64,000 nt of DNA from the NCBI RefSeq assembly GCF_009914755.1, contig NC_060927.1. One strand, written 5' to 3'. The position numbers and the translations under genes were made by a program. The notes beneath the pieces are model-generated. The model saw only the letters and a program-made list of their open reading frames with translations, made no database searches and had not been told where the DNA came from. Source of the stretch: the human T2T-CHM13v2.0 reference genome, Homo sapiens. Of this stretch, positions 28,536-44,591 are shown one piece after another; position 1 is the first letter of the stretch, and every line of letters begins with the position of its first letter.

Positions 28536-29594
28536 GTGAATTGGGCTTTTTATTCTCCCCTTTCGTGCCCTCTTGAGGAGCCTGCCGCGGCCGGGGGTGG
28601 TCGTCGTGAGGAGGGGGCCCGGTCCGACCGCCAGCCTGGCGGAGAGTGGGGCGGAGACGCCGGCGGGCCCGAGGAGCAGGCCGGGCATCCTAGGCCTGCC
28701 CGGGAAGCCGGCCCGGCCGATCCGTGGGCAGCCAGGCCTCGGCCTGCCGTTGCCATGGAGCCCGGGCGGGGGCGGGGGCCAGACCGGTCCGCCGGGGCGG
28801 GCCTCGCAGCCAGGGGCTCCGCGGAGGCCGTGGGAGAGGCCGCTTCATTGGCGCAACGACGCCTTCGCCTCGGGATGCGCCGTTTCCCCAGGCAGGGCCT
28901 GGAGGAAGCCTCCTGAGTGCCCCGAGACCTTTGTCTACTTCTCCTCCTTCCCGGTGCTGCCCGGACCGTTCGTCCAGAGGGAGGCCCGGTGCCTTCTGGC
29001 CCCCCTAGTTTGCCCCCTTTTGCACCGACCTTGTCACTGGGGGAGGCCAAGGGGTGAGGTATTCTTTGTTTGCTGGTGGTAACTTGTCCCATTTAGCAGG
29101 GGAAGACCAAATGCATGTTGGGTCCTTTGTTTGCAGTGAACTGGAGTCCCAGGGGTCCTCAGAAACCCTAAGCCAGGGATATGGCATATCTAGTCGTTGT
29201 GTAGCAACATTGGTCACTTGAATTATGATTTTTCAAGGCAGAGGCTGTTTCACTTTACAACCCCACTCCATGAGGGTTTGCCATACACTAGCAGGTAGAC
29301 TGCAGAAGGCCACTTACAGGCTTTCAACCTGGTTTTAGTTGCAGCTTATGGGCCAGAGTGAAATGAGACGTTGTCTGGTGATTTCCCTTGAAGTTTCTTG
29401 CAAGGTGGTAACCCCACTGTCATTGTGGGTTTTAACTACATCTTGTAATTTACACTTAAATCTTAGAGATTTAAGGCGATGTGCAGAAACTACATCCTTT
29501 GCTGCGTTTTCTACCGGTGTTGGCTCTTTATCCCTAAAAGATAGTTGCTCTTCAAGTGTTTTAATTTATGTAGCTGTGATACAAAGTTTTATTA

Positions 29595-30030
<436 letters not shown>

Positions 30031-30034
30031 TTAG

Positions 30035-30260
30035 CCTAGTATAAGCATGGAGGGTTTTGGAGTCAGCATGCTTCAATGCTGATTTCCATCTGCCCTGAGG
30101 CAGCTATGGGATCTTGGGCAGGTTGTGTAACCTGTGCTTCAGTTTTCTTCTCTGGAAAGATAATTCCTACCTCACTGGATAGTTGCCTGGATTAAATGGG
30201 GTAAAGTCTATGGAAGTATGTTGTGAACTGTAAAAATGGTATTCAACTTTGAGTTATTGT
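30035..30260 (+). mobile_element. MIR remnant
   Basis: ttttggagtcag...atcttgggcaggttgtgtaacc...cttcagttttctt...ataattcctacctcactggatagttg. Confidence 0.7.
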
Positions 30261-30648
30261 TATTTTCCCAATCTTGAAGAGTATTATAGCTTCTTTATGT
30301 TAGATTATCATAATTATTATGGGATTAGAACTCAAAGTGGAAGTAGGTTTTGCTCTGGGCTTCCAGAAAATGCTTTTCAGGCTTACAAGGCTTTCTTTAC
30401 CTTGACATCTTCTTAGATGATGTCAGAAGACTTCAGCACTTCTACAGGTGCTGGTGTAGGACAGCTTACAATTTAATGGGCCTAGAATGGGTCATGGTAA
30501 GTCCTGATTTGTAAGGCCATTTTGTCCAGTATGTGCCCTTCATGCCACTAACAAAATTTGTCCTTGTTAGAGCTAGTAAATGATGGTTGGAGCAACTTTC
30601 TTTCCCTATGGGGCCTCCACTGTATTGACTCAGCGTTGTACTTCTCAG

Positions 30649-30743
30649 GAGGAGGCCCAGCCTCGTGATGAGGAATAGCAAGGAGAGAATTCAGCTCCAG
30701 TTCAAAAGCCTACAAAATCTGAGACTGTCATTGCTTTTATAAG
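30649..30743 (+). other. DHX30: DHX30 exon 2 (5' UTR, 95 nt)
   Basis: Acceptor gtacttctcag|GA and consensus donor AAG|gtaagt in unique sequence between exon 1 and the ATG exon. Confidence 0.75.
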
Positions 30744-30802
30744 GTAAGTTGATTTAGCCGTGCACAGAGCAGTGGTGGATCTGATGCTCAGCTGTACTGT
30801 AA

Positions 30803-31042
<240 letters not shown>

Positions 31043-31336
31043 TAGTAGAGACTGGGTTTCACCATGTTGGCCAGGCTGGTCTCAAACCCCTGACGTCAGG
31101 TGATCAGCCTGCCTCAGCCTCCCAAAGTGCTGGGATTACAGGCATGAGCCACTGTGCCCAGCCAGAAGGGTATCATTTTTAGTCATTGTGGAGTCTCTGT
31201 CCTGGAACCATCCCCAAGTGACTCTACCTGGAGTTAAATTGTATTTCATTATGCAGGAAATCTTGATATAATAGCATTTTACTTATCTGTAAATTACTTA
31301 AGAGACACATTGAGCTACAAGGTTTTTTGTTTTTGA

Positions 31337-31679
<343 letters not shown>

Positions 31680-31696
31680 TAACCTCAAACTCCTGA

Positions 31697-31948
<252 letters not shown>

Positions 31949-32311
31949 TAGTGAAGATGGGGTTTTACCATGTTGGCCGTGCTGGTCTCGAACTCCTGAC
32001 TTTGTGATCCACCTGCTTCGGCCTCCCAAAGTGCTGGGATTACAGGAGTGAGCCACTGCGCTCAGGCGTGCCTGGCCAATTTTTTTTGTATTTTTAGTAG
32101 AGACAGGATTTCACCATCTTGGCCAGAATGGTCTCGAACTCCTGACCTCAGGCAATCTGCCTGCCTCAGCCTCCCAAAGTGATGGGATTACAGGCGTGAG
32201 CCACCAAGCCTGGCCCACTACAAAGATTTTTAAACATTACTGCATTATGGCCGGTCGTGGTGGCTGATGCCTGTAATCCCAGCACTTTGGGAGGCTGAGG
32301 CGGGCGGATCA

Positions 32312-32527
<216 letters not shown>

Positions 32528-32763
32528 TCAAAACAAAACACCATTACTGACTGCATTACAAGGAAGACCGCTTTCTTTTGGATCTCTATGAAATGTTCTA
32601 GAGCTCTGTAAATTCTGTCTCTAAAAGATCCTGTCTTGATTCTCATAGTATCGTTTTTTTAGATTAGTACAGGAAAAAGAATGGTACATGAGCCTAAATT
32701 GACATATTGGGCTAGAGGTTTAGGGACTTTTAAAAAGCAAAACTGGCCGGGCACGGTGGCTCA

Positions 32764-33056
<293 letters not shown>

Positions 33057-33252
33057 TCAAGAGTCTATTTGCAAGCAAATTAACTTACAAATTTTTTTTT
33101 TAGAGGCAGGGTCTCACTGTGTTGCCTAGGCTGGTCTTGAACTCCTGGCCTCAAGCGATCCTTCACCTGGGCGTCCCAAAGTGCTGGGACTACAGGCATG
33201 AGCCACCCCACCTAGCCATTAAATTTTGCTTTTTTTTTTTAAATTTTTTTGA

Positions 33253-33411
<159 letters not shown>

Positions 33412-34183
33412 TAGTAGAGACGGGGTTTCTGCATGTTGGTCAGGCTGGTCTCAAACTCCCGACCTCAGGTGATCTGCTTGCCTCGGCCTCCCAAAATGCT
33501 GGGATTACAGGCATGAGCCACTGCACCCGCCTTACTTTTTGTTTTTTTTTTTTAAGAGAGACAGGGTCTTGCTTTGTCACCCAGACTGGAGTGCAGTGGC
33601 GTGATCACAGCTCACTGTAAACCTCAAAATCCTGGGCGAAGTGATCCTCCTGCCTCAGCCTCCTGAGTAGCTAAGACTGCAAGCATGTACCACCACACCT
33701 GGCTAATTCTGAAAATTTTTTTTAGAGATGCGGTCTCACTATGTTGCCCAGGCTGGTCTTGAACTCCTGGTCTCAAGTGCTCCTCTCATCTCAGCCTCCC
33801 AAAGCGCTGGGATTACAGGTGTGAACCACTGTGCCTAGCCAGTTTACCATTTCGTAGCAATAGAGTATTGTTTCTTTTTTTTTTTTCTTAAATTTATTTT
33901 TTATTTTTATTTTTTTGAGATGGAGTCTCGCTCTGTTGCCCAGGCTGGAGTGCAGAGGTGTGATCTTGGCTCACTGCAACCTCCGCTTCTCGGGTTCAAG
34001 CGATTCTCCTGCCTCAGTCCCCTGAGTAGCTGGGATTACAGGCATGCGCCACCACAGCTGGCTAATTTTTGTATTTTTACTGGGGGCGAGGTTTCCTCAT
34101 GTTGGCCAGGCTGGTCTCGAACTTCTGACCTCAGGGTGATCCGCCCACCTCAGCCTCCCAAAGTGCTGGGATTACAGGCATGA

Positions 34184-34434
<251 letters not shown>

Positions 34435-34559
34435 TAAGTAATATTCACTTAAAATGTTTTAGATTTTATAATATTCTGGTTTTCTTTTAAATTAGAATGT
34501 CAAATTACACACTTTTTATTTTCATTTGGATAGAAGGTGTCTATGGAATGTAACTTCTT

Positions 34560-34867
34560 TTTTTTTTTTTTTTTTTTTTTTTTGAGACGGAGTCTCACTC
34601 TGTCGCCCAGGCTGGAGTGCAGTGGCACAATCTTGGCTCACTGCAAGCTCTGCCTCCTGGGTTCACGCCATTCTCCTGCCTCAGCCTCCTGAGTAGCTGG
34701 GACTACAGGCCCGCACAACCATGCCTGGCTCATTTTTTTGTATTTTTTTAGTAGAGACGGGGTTTCACCGTGTTAGCAAGGATGGTCTCGATCTCCTGAC
34801 CTCGTGATCCGCCCACCTCGGCCTCCCAAAGTGCTGGGATTACAGGCGTGAGCCACCGCGCCTGGCC
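34560..34867 (-). mobile_element. AluY with perfect 15-bp TSD and pure T tail
   Basis: ggaatgtaacttctt at 34545-34559 and 34868-34882. Confidence 0.9.
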
Positions 34868-35596
34868 GGAATGTAACTTCTTAAAGTAAATGTTATCATT
34901 GTTGATATTGTATTGAAGTTTTCTCTGTGATATACCATATCCTATGGGCTGAAATTTCCAGCATCCCTTGGGGAGTGGAGGCCATCAGGGCAGACCTGCT
35001 ATGGACCTGAAAGATTCCGCCCCAGGTCAGCCCTCCACTCCCCACCTCCCCACAATTTGAGAATGAGAGGGAACAGGAGTCAGGAGCCGGAGTGTTGGCC
35101 CCAGTAGACTCCAATCAATGTTGGACATGATTCTGATTGGCTAAACACTGTGTAGATGTTTTTAAACAAAGTCCATTTAAGGTTACTGCACTAATCAAGG
35201 AGTACTGGATTATAAAAACATCTATAAATCTGAGTTTGAGTATTTTTTAAAACAAAATTGTTAAACCAGATGTGTTGCTTTTTTTTCTTGTCATCTCTAA
35301 GTATAGTCCTCAGTTAAATATACTAATAAGCAAAATGCACCAAAACTTTTGGCTAATAGTTGTGCTTTAACTTAATATTTGTTATTTCATAGAGACTGCT
35401 ATGAAAAGCTTTTTATTCTGAATCACTGTACAGTTATTCTTTGATCCTGTCAGTCAAATCTCATTTTTAGGGTCTTGACTAGGTTTTATGAAAGCCCAGT
35501 AAGGCAGTTTGCCCATAAGGCAGTCATCAGTCCTGTTTCCTGATGCCACATGACAGAAGGGGTCCATGTAGAATTTCGTTTCTTCCTGGAAGTCCC

Positions 35597-35690
35597 AAGG
35601 AAACCTGCAAGTATTATGATAACTAGGAAGGAAACCTGCAAGTATTATGATGAACTGGGAAGGAAACCTGTAAGTATTATGATGAACTAG
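35597..35690 (+). repeat. Three-copy 31-32 bp minisatellite
   Basis: Unit aaggaaacctgYaagtattatgat(g)aactRg starting at 35597, 35628 and 35660. Confidence 0.9.
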
Positions 35691-36007
35691 ATAGAACTAC
35701 ATGTCTCTCATGATGAAATGCATCTCCCTCTGTTTAACAGGATATGGGGAGTTTTAGGACAGGGAAGAAAGTGCTCAATTAGAAAGAAGCAAAGACAATT
35801 ACTCTAGAGTGGAGCTGGCCTTCCAGTCCTCAAGACTGGGGAGCAGCAGTTGGGGCTCATTAGTGAAGAGTTTCATTTTTTTCATTTTCTGAACAGTGCT
35901 CTCCATGTTACTGAAGTCTTCTTTGTGGGTTGCTGGACCAGGAATATTAACCATTGCCTCTTGGCCCTCCTTGTTCTCAGGATTCCAGCTTTCCCTCCTG
36001 GCCAGAA

Positions 36008-36035
36008 ATGTTCAGCCTGGACTCATTCAGAAAAG
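36008..36035 (+). CDS. DHX30: DHX30 exon 3 coding part (exon 35981-36035): MFSLDSFRK, start of the canonical isoform
   Basis: Acceptor ccttgttctcag|GA at 35980/35981; ATG at 36008; donor AAG|gtaaga in phase 1. The peptide matches the recalled human DHX30 N-terminus. Confidence 0.92.
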
Positions 36036-36171
36036 GTAAGACTGCAACTGTGCTTGTGACCTCATGCCCTTCCTTATTGGGATGGGCAGCTCTGAGGGCT
36101 GTGAAAGTCTCTCCCCAGTATGTAGTTCTTGCACATTTCTTTGGGTGGTTTTCCAAAGGCCTTTCCTATAG

Positions 36172-36635
<464 letters not shown>

Positions 36636-36850
36636 TAATTCTGTTGACCAAATGCAATCTTTCTCCAATCTTCCTCGGTACCATACCTGTTCGTTCTCAT
36701 GGTTAGTCTATTCTGAATTAATCATTTTGTCACTAGATTGGAAGCTCCCTGTAGCCAGGGCCTGTTGTGTGCTTTTACGATGCATAGCACCTGGCCAGCA
36801 TTTCGCACATAGTAGGCCTCAGTAAACACTGGTGGAAGTTGGATTGAGTC

Positions 36851-38338
<1,488 letters not shown>

Positions 38339-38365
38339 AAGTCATTCTTTCGTTAGTGATCATAG

Positions 38366-38458
<93 letters not shown>

Positions 38459-39416
38459 TGAGACCATCCTGGCCAATATGGTGAAACCCCGTCTCTACTA
38501 AAAATACAAAATAAAAAATTAGCCGGGTGCGGTGGTGGGTGCCTATAGTCCCAGCTACTCGGGAGGCTGAGGCAGGAGAATGGTGTGAACCCAGGGGGCG
38601 GAGCTTGCAGTGAGCCGAGATCGCGCCACTGTCTGGCCTGGGCGAAACAGCGAGACTCCATCTCAAAAAACAAAAAGAAATTCTGGCAAGTCTTGAAATT
38701 AGTGCTCTACAGCACACTGAGTGAGGGGGTTGCATAGGCAATGGCAGAATTGAGCCTTGACAGGGCTATAGGGTAGAGTTCACAATGTGTTTATAGGAGG
38801 TAAAGTAGCCTGTGGGGACTTTAGGGGCCAGATCCTGAGAGCTTTGTATTTCTTAGAACATGACTTTTTTTCTTCAAGAGACTGAAGAGTAAAGGGCCTG
38901 TAGCCCGTGTTGAAGCTGATTCTGAGGCTTCTGTCTGAGGATATTTTACAAATAAATAAGAACCATAACAGAACGTCTATAACTGCTGATTAAATAGGTC
39001 TTCCTGATTGTGTCTTCTCTCTCTCTAAGTTGTGTTCCTCGAGGCCTGGGAAACCCCTGGCCAAGTGGTGCCCTGTGTAACCCATTGAATGGGGCCAGAA
39101 GGAGGGCTGGACGTACTAGGGCTCAGAGAGCAGCATGTCCCTGCCTCCTTGTGTATCTCCAGCCACTCCATCTGTTTTCATATTGTTTGAAAAAATTTAT
39201 TTCTGTCATCCTGGGCTTTTTTTTTTTTTTTTTTTTTTGGCCAGCTGTATGTAAGAAGGAAAAAACTGAACTTGAGATTAGTGTGGGCAGCACATTTTTT
39301 TTTTTTAGCTAAAATTAGCACTTTGTGTTTACTTACTAACCAGTGGGCTTTATTGTCTACCCACTTGTAAAAGGTCGATGAAAGCAGGTTTTCTCATGGT
39401 GAGTGTCTCTGAATTA

Positions 39417-39638
<222 letters not shown>

Positions 39639-41046
39639 CTACTTGGGAGGCTGAGGCAGCAAATCGCTTGAACCCAGGAGGCAGAGGTGGCAGTGAGCTG
39701 AGATCACACCACTGCACTCTAGCCTGGGTGACAGAGCGAGACTCTGTCTCAAAACAAAAAAAAAAAAAAAAAAAGAAAAAAAAATTTTTTTTTCCTGTCT
39801 GAGCGCCGTGTCTCATGCTTGTAATCCCAGCACTTTGGGAGGCTAAGACAAAAAGATTGTTTGAGCCAGGAGTTTGAGAGCAGCCTGGACAGCATTGGGA
39901 GACCCTGTCTCTCTGTATTTTTAGCAAGCTCCACCTCCCAGATTCATGCCATTTTTCTGCCTCAGCCTCCCGAGTAGCTGGGACTACAGGCGCCAGCCAC
40001 CACGCCTGGCTAATTTTTTGTATTTTTAGTGGAGATGGGGTTTCACCATGTTAGCCAGGATGGCCTCAGTCTCCTGACCTCATGATCCACCCGCCTTGGC
40101 CTCCTAAAGTGTTGGGATTACAGGTGTGAACCACCACGCCCGGCCGTTTTTTGTTAGTTAGTTTTGTTTTGTTTTGTTCTGTATTTTTTTAAGAAATAAA
40201 ATAATTAAAAAAATAATTTTTTTTTTTTTGGTGGAAACAGGGTCTTCCTATGTTTCCCAGGCTGTTCTCAAACTCCTGGCTTCATGTAATCCTCCTGCCT
40301 TGGCCTCCCAAAGTGTTGGGACTACAGGTGTGAGCCACTGTGCTTGGCTTGAGTTTTCCTTTTACATGTTTCTTTGCTCTTCATCATCAAATTATGAGTT
40401 CCTAGGGTGTCATGAACCTTGAGAGGAAATGTAAGTTGATGTGAAGCTTGAGGTTCCCGAGTTTCATTGACTGGGGCTTGAATCTGGCTTTCCCTAATAC
40501 TAGCAAGGTGTTAACTTACCTGATCTTGTTTCCTACCTGCTATCTTCAGGACTACAGTGAAGATATTAGAGCTGAAATATAGGAAAAGCACCTGGCTATG
40601 GTCGGTGCTCAACCCTTACTCTTGGGCATGGTATGCCCTTGATAAATACTGGAGAGCTATAGCCTTGCCTCAGCATGCAGTGTGCTGTGAGGTTGCATGA
40701 TTGAGCACCTGCTGTGTAGGAGACACTAGGGTGAAGAGAGCTCTGTTTCAGAGATGCTTCTTGGTACTCTGGAGCTTATAGCCTCAATAGGATGGGCCAT
40801 TTGATGGTTCTGATGGAAACAGCTATAGCAATTCCATGCAGCATTGTGGATGGTGGCCCACTGGGTCTTGTGGCTAGCTACCATCTTTCTCATTATGTAA
40901 TTTAACAAAGCTGTTGGTAAGAATGCCCATGTTCCTGGTAAGTTACTTGTTACTGCCCTTGCGAGCATCTTAACTTAGCTGTCTGATTTCTTACCTGTAA
41001 TGCCATCGGACTCAGGCTACAAAGAGCAAGCTGAACAATAAAAAAG

Positions 41047-41082
<36 letters not shown>

Positions 41083-41650
41083 AAGCTGAGTCTTTCACAG
41101 CCAGCACAAAACTTTGAAAAACACTGGATCAATAGCAAGAATGTGCATTTTCTCTCCAGGTACATGGTCAGAAGTGGGCTCAGTGAAGTTATGGGATTGT
41201 AACAACTCTCTCCCAATTGCTGAAAATGCTTAATGAGATAATAACTAATCATTGAATCATTTATTCTTTTTTTTTTTTTTTCAATCCAGCATCCCTGGAT
41301 GTGAATGAGGACCCTCCTTAAACAGGAATGGAGAGGTTGAGCTGGTCATTTCCAACCTTAGCTTCAAGGCAGAACTGGAATTAGTTTCAAAATAAACCTT
41401 GATCCTAGGCATTTAGTTCTAGAAGATCCTACAAGCACGTCTGCTGTAACTCTATGTATGTTTTCTGTAAAATCACATACCTATAAAATAAAAAGAAAAA
41501 AATCACACATCTATAATATTATAAGAGAGCTTATGGGAAAAATAGAATTGGGCCAATGCAACTGCAACTTTTTGACCAAAATATGACAAAAAACAATTAT
41601 TGGTGCTTGGGAAGATGCTTTGGACTACCTAGACAGGCAGCTCAGGGTGA

Positions 41651-41957
<307 letters not shown>

Positions 41958-42602
41958 TAGGCGTGAGCCACCGCGCCGGGCTACAAAGAGCCTTCTAATG
42001 TGAGCAGAGCTGGCAGTTACCGAGGAAGCCCAGGTGGAGGTGGAGTTCTGAAACAGCCACTGTGGTGAAGGAGTGTGTGCAGCTGGGACTGTGGGGGAGG
42101 AGGGTTGGAGTGCAGGACTTGCTTCTCCCCTAACATTTTGTTGTGAAAAATTTCAAAAATACTGAAACATTGAAGAAATTGTATAGTGAACACCTTTGTA
42201 TCTACCACCTTGATTCTCTATAGGTATAGGCACTCAATTTTAATAAAAAAAAAAATAGCTGAAAGGGCTTTTTCTTTCCTGCTGAAGATTATAATTCTAC
42301 TCCTGCTTTTTCAGCTCCTTTGCTTTCAGAATTTTTTGAAACAAGAGTCTTGTTTTACTGATATCTTTCTCCTCTTTACCAATTGTATATGAGTCAATTT
42401 GCATTCCACAAATGAACATCTTTGTAGAACAGGTGGTTTCTCAAGCTTCAGGTGTGTGTGGCCATCTCTGCTCCCCTTCTACCCCATTTACTGTACTGAA
42501 ACCAGAGGGGCAAAGAGAGCAAAGAGTGCATGCATTTCTCCCAGCCCCAAGACTAGTGACTCTCTGAATGTCACCATTTAGGTGGTTTAAAAGGACCTTA
42601 AG

Positions 42603-42654
42603 CCTTCCTTACCCATATATTTCCACCTTCCTTACCCATGTATTTCCACCTTCC
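42603..42654 (+). repeat. 23-bp tandem duplication
   Basis: ccttccttacccatRtatttcca, 2.3 copies. Confidence 0.85.
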
Positions 42655-43305
42655 CGTGGAAGACTCAGTGCCTTAATTTTCGTTCATGTACCTCAAGTTG
42701 TTGGGACTTCTTAGAAATGTACTTTCTGGTTACTAATAAGTAGCATTTAGCCCCCAAATGAATGGAAGTATTTGGAATGGCAGGTTGTTCTCTTTTAGAA
42801 AGAGGGAGAAGGCTGGTAAGTGTGCGTCTGGTTTTAGCTCTCAAGCTGGACCCACATAGTCCAGTCGTCCCTCTCTTACCCAGCTCTTGGAGGGAAAGAA
42901 TGATTTGAGATTTGGTGGCTGAGGTAGCCATCTGGGGAACGCATAGCAAAGGCGTAGGTAGCTACCATAAGAAGCAGACACGTGGTGCTTTTGAGTTGAT
43001 GTAGTACCAAGGCTTTCAGCTTTCTCCTGTTGTCCTGTCACATCCTCACAACTTAAGACTAAGAGAAGTATATAGGATGGGTGTTAACCTCATAGGGGGT
43101 AGCTAAGGGAACAGGAAGAGTTTGAGGGCTCTCTCTAAGGCTGTCACATATCACATCATATGAGACGCTTGCCTTCTTCCTGTGTGGCGTTGTTAGTGCT
43201 GTTCCTCAGAACCTGTGGCTGCTCCCAGCACTGTCCAGCAGCCCTGTTGCCCAGAGCTCCTCACGGATGCTCTGAGTGAGTCAGTTCAGGGGTCTGTGAC
43301 TGTGA

Positions 43306-43566
<261 letters not shown>

Positions 43567-44584
43567 TAGCAGAGCTATTGGAGCCCTGAGGGAGAAATTA
43601 CTTGGAAAAGTCTGGATTTTTTCATGATCCCTTGACTCATGGCCTGGACCCTGCAGTCTTCTTGGGCCTCCTTGTGTGGCCTGGACTAAAGCCTAGGCTC
43701 AGTTTGGGTGGTTCTCTCAGCACCCGCATGGAGAATCCGCAGGGCTTGGGGCCTCGAGGCTCCTAGAAGTCCCTGATCAGGTGGCTCAGAGAGCAGGGTG
43801 CTTGTAGCAGGGCTGGAACAGATAGCCCTGACTCAACCCTAGTGCTTTCCATCTTGGAGGCTTTGGGAATACACACAGATCACTTTCCTGTCTCCCATGT
43901 GGCACCTCAAAGCACTTTACTGACATTAAAATGTGCCTCTCAGTCCACTTGGCAAGGTAGGCTGTCCTTTTGATTGGGGAGAATGTTAGAGCACCAGGTA
44001 AGTGGCAGCTTACCTCAGGCCCTATCAGTACCCAGGGATGGCGCCAGGGATAGGACCCAGGGAAGCATCGCTGCACATGAGCGCCTCCTCTTCTCCCTCA
44101 GACTTATTAATATACCTTTTCCAGGCCTGCTAAGGCCAGTGCTCCTGGAAGCCTTTTTGTCCTAATAGCTGCTCTTTTCTGCCCCATAGGCTGCCTGTTC
44201 ACACCCCTCTGCCTAGCAGAAGGAGCCCTGTTTTAGGTCATAGGGTCATTGTCTCATCTAGAGACAGCATGTCTACTCTAGGGTCTGTCTGTAAAGTGCT
44301 TTGAAGGTCAAGAGCTCAGGAGGAGTGTGGGGAACACAGAGCACCTCAGTTTCTGCAGCCCATGCTGCTGCTGCGTCCCAGGCAGTTTTCACACTCCTGC
44401 TGCTGCGGCCCTGACTACTGACAGCAGGATAGAAATGAGTACTTCTAGCCCCCTGACCATTTGACTTAGGTTTTAAAGAAATGCCACCCCCCTACCGTTA
44501 CCAAAACAAGAGTTGATTGCCCTTTTTTTTTTCTTTCTTAAAATGCCCTGTAACTCGAAAAGGCTGAACGTTAACATTTCCAAC

Positions 44585-44591
44585 ATGGCAG
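44585..44591 (+). CDS. DHX30: DHX30 alternative start exon, coding part (M-A then ASRDLL...)
   Basis: aacATGGCAG|gtgagt: strong Kozak context plus a near-consensus donor in phase 1, in frame with exon 5. Agrees with my recollection of a shorter isoform starting MAASRDLL. The exon's 5' edge is uncertain. Confidence 0.65.

Larger units (their letters stand above)
27950..29020. promoter_or_regulatory. DHX30: CpG island / distal promoter of DHX30
   Basis: Abrupt GC- and CpG-rich, Alu-free segment containing ETS, GC-box, CCAAT and ZNF143/THAP11-type motifs and the exon 1 donor. Edges approximate. Confidence 0.92.

Noticed and set aside
27772-29092. Long ORFs on both strands (257, 180, 169, 161 aa)
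   Set aside because: Stop-codon depletion in a CpG island; low-complexity G/A/P/R composition and no recognisable domain.
35597-35690. CRISPR-like 32-bp repeats
   Set aside because: Units are directly adjacent with no spacers, in a eukaryotic intron.
35647-35892. Three ATGATGA (box C-like) motifs suggesting an intronic snoRNA
   Set aside because: Two come from the minisatellite; the nearest CTGA is about 175 nt from the last one and I see no terminal stem.
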